DNA of 21,292 bases from Macrostomum lignano (taxonomy: Eukaryota), in contig NIVC01000182.1 of the NCBI GenBank assembly GCA_002269645.1, positions 1-21,292 of the forward strand. Reading direction: 5' to 3'. Under the pieces are notes generated by a model, which ran no database searches, had not been told where the DNA came from, and saw nothing but the letters and a program-made list of their open reading frames with translations. Positions 14,291 through 21,292 of this stretch are shown here, piece after piece; the stretch's first letter is position 1, and every line of letters starts with the position of its first letter. The position numbers and the translations under genes are program-made.

Positions 14291-16683
14291 ATGGGCAATT
14301 ATAGCGCAGCGATGCCGGCCAACTCTAGCAGCAGCGGTCAGTTGGCTAACAAGCCGGCCGTTCAGACCCGGCAAAATGTGGCCATCGAGATGTTGACGCC
14401 GAATGCGGACCTGGACTTCGACTTGGTGGACGCATCGCCGCCTTCGGTAGCGGGTCAGCAGGCTGGGGAAAAGGTAATCTATTTGGTGCCTATCTGTGCA
14501 GAGATGTGTCAATGACGCATCGCCGCCTTCGGTAGTGGGTCAGCAGGCTGAGGAAAAGGTAATCTATTTGGTGCCTGTGAGCCGTCCCCGTGCGCTGCGC
14601 GCCCTTGTCAGCCCCGCTGTTCAATGTACTCTCTCTCTCGCCAGCCAACTTAACCCTTTGGCCCTTGCAATATTCAAACCCCCACACCATTCAGTTCTTC
14701 TCTCCTCTGCAGCCAATCGGCTTGAGCTTTGGGCCTTCTAGCATTATGTACATCGTATTGCATATCGATCGATCACAATATATAATAGCACGCAAGGCTA
14801 AGTGGACGCCTAACCTTTTTCTCCATTCGCAATTAATTGAGCCTTTACAGTGCCTAGCTGTCAGAGATGTGTCAATGACGCATCGCCGCCTTCGGTAGTG
14901 GGTCAGCAGGCTGGGGAAAAGGTAATCTATTTGGTGCCTATCTGTCAGAGATGTGTCAAAGCGACGAAAACTGATTTAAATTTTGTGTGATCCCGCTAAA
15001 ATGGCCTCTTTTAATGGCGGGATCAAAGAACCTACAACTACGCTCGTATGTGTTGATTCAATACTATGAATGCATCTGTCAAGTCCGTAATGCGTCCTTA
15101 AAATTATCGGATTATTCTTGTATAAGTACACTCCTCACTGATTAAAAATTAACTAAAAAAAGAGCGATGCAATTTTCCTTCTCGCCCAAAAAACAGCGAC
15201 TAGTGGAGGTTCGAATTGTATTCACAAAGATTGGTGACATCGACACGGTCCACGAGTGCTTCGAGGCTTCCGTATATTTGGAGGTGCGGTGGCGAGAGCC
15301 GGCTCTCGACAAAGCAGTCACCACGGTTGACACTTCGAGTCTCTGGCACCCAGATCTGTACGTGGACAACTGCATTGGCGACCTCAAGCACCAAAAAGAA
15401 GTCGAAGTGATTCGAGTAGAATCTGGAGACACTTTCGTACAAGAGAAGCACAGCGTTCGAGGCAAATTCCACGAGCAAATGGAACTGTCGCACTTTCCTT
15501 TCGACACGCAGGTTCGTTAAGATTATGGAATGGCTTGCTGGACACCTTGCTACTCCCAACGTTATACAATGAGTTCAATGGATAACGAAGTATATTCCTT
15601 TTGATAGAAATTTTGATAGAAATCTTCTGTACGACAGAATTTGATAGAATTAAACGTACTGAGCTCCGTCATCAAACAGCTCTATGCCCCAAAACAACCT
15701 GCAGGATCTAACGGTAACAGTGTGCTCCAATCTGCCAAACTCAGCAATCGATCTGCATGAAATGTCCGAACGTCCTTGTCGCGTACTCACCAACACATTT
15801 ATGGACGCCCAGGAGTGGCATCTGCACACACACGTGGACGCGACCAAGGCGTTGATCCATTCGGACAGCCATATTGGGCCAAGAAAGAGATCGGCGCTGC
15901 GCTTTACAACCAGAGCGACTAGAAAGTCAGTGTTCTACATGGTGAACATCTGGCTCGTGTCGTTCATTCTGTGCGCACTGGCCATGTGCGCGTTTTGCTT
16001 GGATCAAAAAAAATTGTCAAGTCGCTTGAAGCTCTCTTTCACCCTGCTGTTAACCACCATTACATACAAGTTTGTGGTTAATAATAGCATTCCAAGGATC
16101 GCATACCTCACTTTATTGGTAAGTCGAGAAGATTTGTGTAGCTCCCTCGATGTTACATGATCTCCAGATGTTTTTTCGTTCTATCGATGTTCCCAGCTGG
16201 ATTTTTAATGCTGCCGGTTGACCTGTTTTGACGAGTTGCTTCTCCCGGCTAAAAGTACACTAGCTTGCATACACGCTATACCTCGAATACCCAATTTAGT
16301 ATTTTGTTGGGTATGAGTAAAGGCCTCTCCTTTTTAAAAAAAAAACATCATTTTCAGGACAAGGCAATACTTTACAATCTCCTGTTCCTCGTGCTGCTGA
16401 TTGTTTGGCATTCCACTACCGGTCAATACGATTCGCGTAAAATTGAGAAATTCGCCATAGTGGCATTCACTGCGGTCTACTTTCTTGGCGTAATGGTTTT
16501 GGGGATTACGGTTCTGTGCGGGGTGAGTGAGGCGGCTTGATAACCCGGAAGTTTTCCACCCTCTCAAACACGAAATAATTTGATCTTGAGAGACTTATTC
16601 AAACTGGTTTACTAATATTTCTAACATTTCTGTAGGCTTGCCGACGCAGATGGGCAATTAACGATAAGGACAGGCAGCATGAG
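14291..16683 (+). CDS. Cys-less (Pro-loop) pentameric ligand-gated ion channel subunit; terminal exon not resolved
   Basis: Exons 14291-14473, 15197-15511, 15705-16118, 16358-16522 and 16636-16683, all GT-AG and phase 0, giving 375 aa. Motifs: VRIVFTKIGDIDT, EVRWREP, LWHPDLYVDN (loop A), KFHEQMELSHFPFDTQ/DL (Pro-loop without Cys), QEW, pre-M1 RK, four hydrophobic helices, M2 RLKLSFTLLLTT, M2-M3 IPRIAYLTLL/DK. Confidence 0.88.
14429..14959 (+). repeat. Three tandem copies of an 85-bp unit spanning the exon-1 3' end and splice donor of the channel gene
   Basis: Units start GACGCATCGCCGCC at 14429, 14514 and 14877; each has GAAAAG|GTAATC. Unit 2 is split by the insertion at 14576-14849. Confidence 0.93.
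14576..14849. mobile_element. Probable solo LTR (274 bp)
   Basis: Starts TGTGA and ends TTACA; perfect 5-bp TSD GTGCC (14571-14575 and 14850-14854); interrupts unit 2 of the 85-bp array, which resumes exactly afterwards. Confidence 0.8.
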
Positions 16684-16721
16684 GTGAGTCTATGGAGCTT
16701 AGGAGAGAATGGGAATAAGAA

Positions 16722-16766
<45 letters not shown>

Positions 16767-16825
16767 CTAAGACAGACAGACAGACAGACAGACACACACA
16801 CACACAGACAGACAGACACACACTA

Positions 16826-16862
<37 letters not shown>
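16722..16862. repeat. (ACAG)n microsatellite with AC and CACTAAG interruptions
   Basis: Direct inspection; lies in a channel-gene intron. Confidence 0.97.
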
Positions 16863-18259
16863 TGTAGCTCGTACTGAGCCGATCAAGCTGACGTCATGCA
16901 GCAACGGTCATCATGGAATAAACACGCCACTCACTGTACCACTGCAGATCCGACTTTTAAACTACGCCTCGGCGAAAGGTTCGCTGCAGAAGGACACCGG
17001 CACTTCGCACCGCCAGGGAACCTAAAATTTGCCGTTTCGAGAATTATTTTAATTCAATCCTGCATAACGGCATTTTTCCGTTTAAATGCAAATTCAGTTC
17101 CTCTTTGCTTTTCAATGTTGTGATCTAATGATGCATTTGACGGTACTGTACTTTATTACCTTCCATTGTCGCTTTTGTATCTACTTTGGAGCTCCTAGTC
17201 CTGGCCCAATGTTTTGTCTTATCTTCTCCAGTCTGTGTGTCTGTGTGTCCCTCCCAATCTCCTCCCTACTCGTAACTTATTGTTAGCTGTATCTTCTTGA
17301 GCATAAAGTACCTTACTGCATTTTGGTACCGCTGCACTGGACCTGTTCCCTTGAGTTGGTTTAATTGCCCCACCCCCTGCCCTGCTATATCCTCTCCCCT
17401 TATTTAAATTACTTGCTCCCCGTGGTCACTGCATTGGCTGCACCCCATTGTGCTTAGCGTGGCTGCAGTCAATTCTCTCTCTACCTCAGCCCCACCCGCC
17501 GTTTCTCTTACCCTACAGCTTAAGCCCCACCCCAATTTTGTGTTAATGATTTGCGCTCGCACCGCCATCAAGCCGCTACAGCCGTCCCTGCGCTTCTTCC
17601 ACATCCCAAGTCAAATATACAACGTAATTCGTGAATGTGTGAAGTCGCCTAGAGCGACCAAAAATGCCAACAACCGTATGTGTCGTCCTGCTTCTATCCT
17701 TTTGGGTTTATAGTCAGGGCATTGTCACCAGGGCCTGCGCGTTCGATGCGACCCTACTTGGTTGCCGGCCTACCGCCTGCGCGTTAGTGCCACGGTGGGT
17801 TGGCAAGCAGCAGGGCTGAAGTGCCGAGTCTCACTGCTCTTACCGACAAAGCTGACCTGGTCCAACTATTAACTAAGAGTATTTTTGTCATTGAAATAGT
17901 TAATAAATTAAATATATTTGTGTTTCTGAATGTATTTCCTTCAATACACCCTGGCGCAAGGCCTTCGGCGACATCATCATCCCACAAATCACAGAGCTGA
18001 GGCAATTCTATCCATTTTTGTTGACTCCCAAGCACACGCAAGCGCGCCAATACTGTACGCAGGCCCACACTCGTACACACGCTCACACAGGGTGTACAGC
18101 GGCACTGACTTTCTAATCGTCAGGCAATGTCTGCTTGTAAATCAGATATTTGCTTGCATAATATTTGCGTCACTGATTAGACAGATTTTTTGCACCTTTA
18201 AACAAGTACCGTTTATCGCATCCGCAAAATTGTAGCTATTTTAGACATATTTTAGACTG

Positions 18260-18602
<343 letters not shown>

Positions 18603-18687
18603 TTTAAAAAAGTTTTGTGCATAATTTTGTATAGTATATTAAAGTGGACAGAAAGGGAGGGGTCTCCATAATGAAAATTCTATAATG

Positions 18688-19272
18688 TGTTGTGCTACAG
18701 GCCGGATCGCGACTCTGATTATAACAGTGAACGAGCCGAAGATGGCGTCAGTCAACTGGCCGGATTGACTTCGGACTCTGCGCGGGGGATCGCGTCAGGA
18801 GACTTGATCAGCCCGTCCCTATTGCACGGATTAGTTCCCACCAGTCCCTCAAAAAAGAAAGTCAACGCGACTCTGTTTCTTCGGGTAACAGCGGTGGCGG
18901 AAGCAGGGGAGGCTTCTCTCAATTTTCGCTCTTCAGTTCTGGCTGGGTAACTTCTGAGTAACCGCGTATAACTTCGGGTCTGATTGCAGTACTAGAATTT
19001 ATGGCTGTGTCTTGCACAATTTAACCAAAAAGATGCCTCCCCTACCGCCGCTCCTGCACACATTTATATTTACGCTAGCTGATTGAGCCCTGGGGTATCG
19101 CTACCCTAGGCCCAGCTAGCCAAAATTACGATCCTCTTATAAATTTACAAAGTCGGGGTCGCGATTGGAGGGGGGAAAGAATACAAACCGATTGGCTGGA
19201 CCACCAGCCAATCGCAGGGCGAGCGAGGAGGCGCACTGGAGTCGCAGCCAGCCAAAGCCGGCTGGCCTAACA
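18688..19272 (-). mobile_element. Possible LTR-like or other repeat fragment
   Basis: GC-richer island with TGTT...AACA termini, CCAAT boxes and hairpins; no matching TSD found. Confidence 0.3.
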
Positions 19273-19284
19273 GACAGTGGGGTG

Positions 19285-21292
19285 GGTGCCTATACTCTCA
19301 TTGGAATATAGCACTGTAATATGTGGGTAATCATTAGTTCCTTTTATAATATTTTGCACTTAAAACTGTAGCTTAAAAAAGTTAAATAAACTAGCAAATT
19401 AAGTACTCGACAATTATTAAAATTATATACAGGTACCTCATAAATAATTTACGATAAATAATTTTCGCGACGTAAAAAATAATTTTTGTTTGCATAGCAC
19501 TTTCTGTTTAATTTTAGATAAGTAAAAAACTTTGCGATTGCTTAAGCATGTTCATTAGTAAAACGGCCCTTTTTAGGCCCCTTGTCACGACACAACAAAA
19601 ACTTAAGGCAGCTGCACTCGTAAGAAGAGTTAAACATGTCAGTGTTTTGTCGATGCACGAGTTAATTGAAATAATTTAAAAAAGCCATACTATTGACGAC
19701 CATGCAGCAAAATCCATATTATACTATACATGTATGCTATCTATTAATACTATTGTCTACTACCCCTATCTGATTACATATACAGCAGGTACAGCTGGCC
19801 TGTTTGATAATCCATATGAATCCATGCAAATTTGCATGTGATGATTCCGCAGATGAGTTATTTCTATGGTTTGTCTAAATATATGTCTCAACTTAGAAAC
19901 CTGGCTAATCGAGAGCTGCGTTATAACAATCACATAGACTAATTCTCCCACTCAGATTATTATGAACCTCATCGCGCGATAGATAAAAAACAATTGCTTA
20001 AATCTATTTTTGAAACGCAAAGCGCAGACTCCCTAATTGATATTTGTATTTGAAATTCGAGTTAATTCTCACGCAGATAAACAATACGGTACCTTGAGCC
20101 CCCTGCACGCTTTTGAGGTAAGTCTTTGCAGATCTAATCTGTTGTAATTATTATTCTTGGTCATTTCCTTTCTCTCCTCTCTTCCCCCGTGCCCTGCAGT
20201 TAGCTAAGAAGCCGCTGCTTATCCAGACGGAATTGTCTAAATCAAAACGCCTTGGAAGTTTTCTGCTTTCAAAGTTTCTGTAGAAGTTCCAACTAAAAGT
20301 CCGTCGCTCTACCGGGATTGATAACTGAAACGCGCACAAACAAGACTGAAGTGACGGTTCGTTGGTTTGTTAGCATGGGTAACTGTGTTCGGTTTGTTGC
20401 TTAGCTTTATTCAATTAGACTTTATTCTGCTAACTTAGTCTCTTAACTTCATTCAATTCCAAACTTCTATGTACTCTGTAAACCAATGCGTACTCTGCGC
20501 AATTCAGTGTACATCATTGCGCTAGCCTTGCCTCGCCTTAAGTCTCTCCACTTACTCAGCCATGTAATGCACCAGTTCAATATTCACAATATTCAAGTGT
20601 TTCGTCAAGCAACTTAGACTACTCTACTACTGCAAATATATCGCAAGAATTTATACTCGCTTAAACAACATTCGATTCCTGACTTTCGCGTCACGCAATG
20701 GCGTCGCAAGCAGGCGAAATTAGGAGTCAAGAACTCAACCTCAACGATCCTGAACTCGCTGAGGCTTGGATGCAGCAGCTCTCCGCCACGGCCCGCATAC
20801 GGACATAAGGACAACTTACGGACACGGACAAAGCGCGGGATAAAACTGACTTGTTCCTGTCCAAGGTTGGACTACAGGCGATCCGGACGCTCTCTCTGAT
20901 GGCTGCACCAAAAAAGCTGGAGGCACTCAAATTTAGCGAAATCGAGACACTAGTAACAGCAACAATCCGGCCTAAGAAGAGGCTGGTCATCGCTGAGCGC
21001 ACCAGATTTCTAAGCCTCAAACAAAAGCCAGGTGAATCGATCAGCACTTACTACCGTCGGCTTCGAGCAGCGGCGGCGCTCTGCGAATTCGAGGAACTTG
21101 GGGCCAAGCAGTCCAAGGAAAACGTCCTCATCGCAATGAGACTGATCGACGGCCTTGCCTCTCCCGAACACAAAAAGAGAATTTTGGAGCAGCTTCAAGG
21201 CGAAGAAAAACTTCTTGACGATATTCTGCAAAACCTGCAGCAGCTCGAGCAAATTCAACAATACAACAAAGGCACGACCAACAGCGCTTCAT
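19285..21292 (+). repeat. Segmental duplication, copy 2 (runs off the window)
   Basis: Colinear with 8645-10649. Confidence 0.97.
20347..21292 (+). mobile_element. Second copy of the Ty3/gypsy element (5' LTR 20347-20697, PBS, gag), cut off by the window end
   Basis: Same left flank and target sequence AAGAC. Gag ATG at 20698 ends at a premature TAA at 20806-20808 created by a net 9-bp insertion. Confidence 0.96.

Noticed and set aside
16863-17123. Terminal exon of the channel gene (acceptor candidates near 16867 and 16901)
   Set aside because: Both are frame-compatible but neither has a good pyrimidine tract or homology support; left unresolved.
19089-19120. Hairpin followed by CTAG as a Helitron 3' end
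   Set aside because: CTAG is followed by C rather than T, and no matching 5' TC end or A/T junction was identified.

Overview
Eukaryotic (metazoan) genomic DNA with GT-AG introns. The (ACAG)n tracts, homopolymer-rich proteins and Cys-less channel suggest a lophotrochozoan, possibly a Macrostomum-like flatworm; this is inference and unverified. From left to right: a decayed DD34D mariner (435-1740); simple and tandem repeats; a 6-exon class-2 DYRK kinase gene on the minus strand (3745-8188) carrying a tRNA-headed CORE-type SINE and a 24-bp minisatellite in its introns; a degenerate Ty3/gypsy LTR retrotransposon (9713-13939) just upstream of a plus-strand Cys-less (Pro-loop) pentameric ligand-gated ion channel gene (14291 to at least 16683); and a second copy of the upstream region carrying the same retrotransposon at the same site (19285 to window end), about 10.6 kb downstream. 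The most notable points are the atypical channel (no Cys-loop, no signal peptide, no core ECD sequons, His-rich loop C, Lys at M2 2'), the stepwise-identity duplication sharing the insertion, repeated templated-insertion scars, and a solo LTR that forms an intron-like GT..AG unit. All alignments and counts were done by eye.
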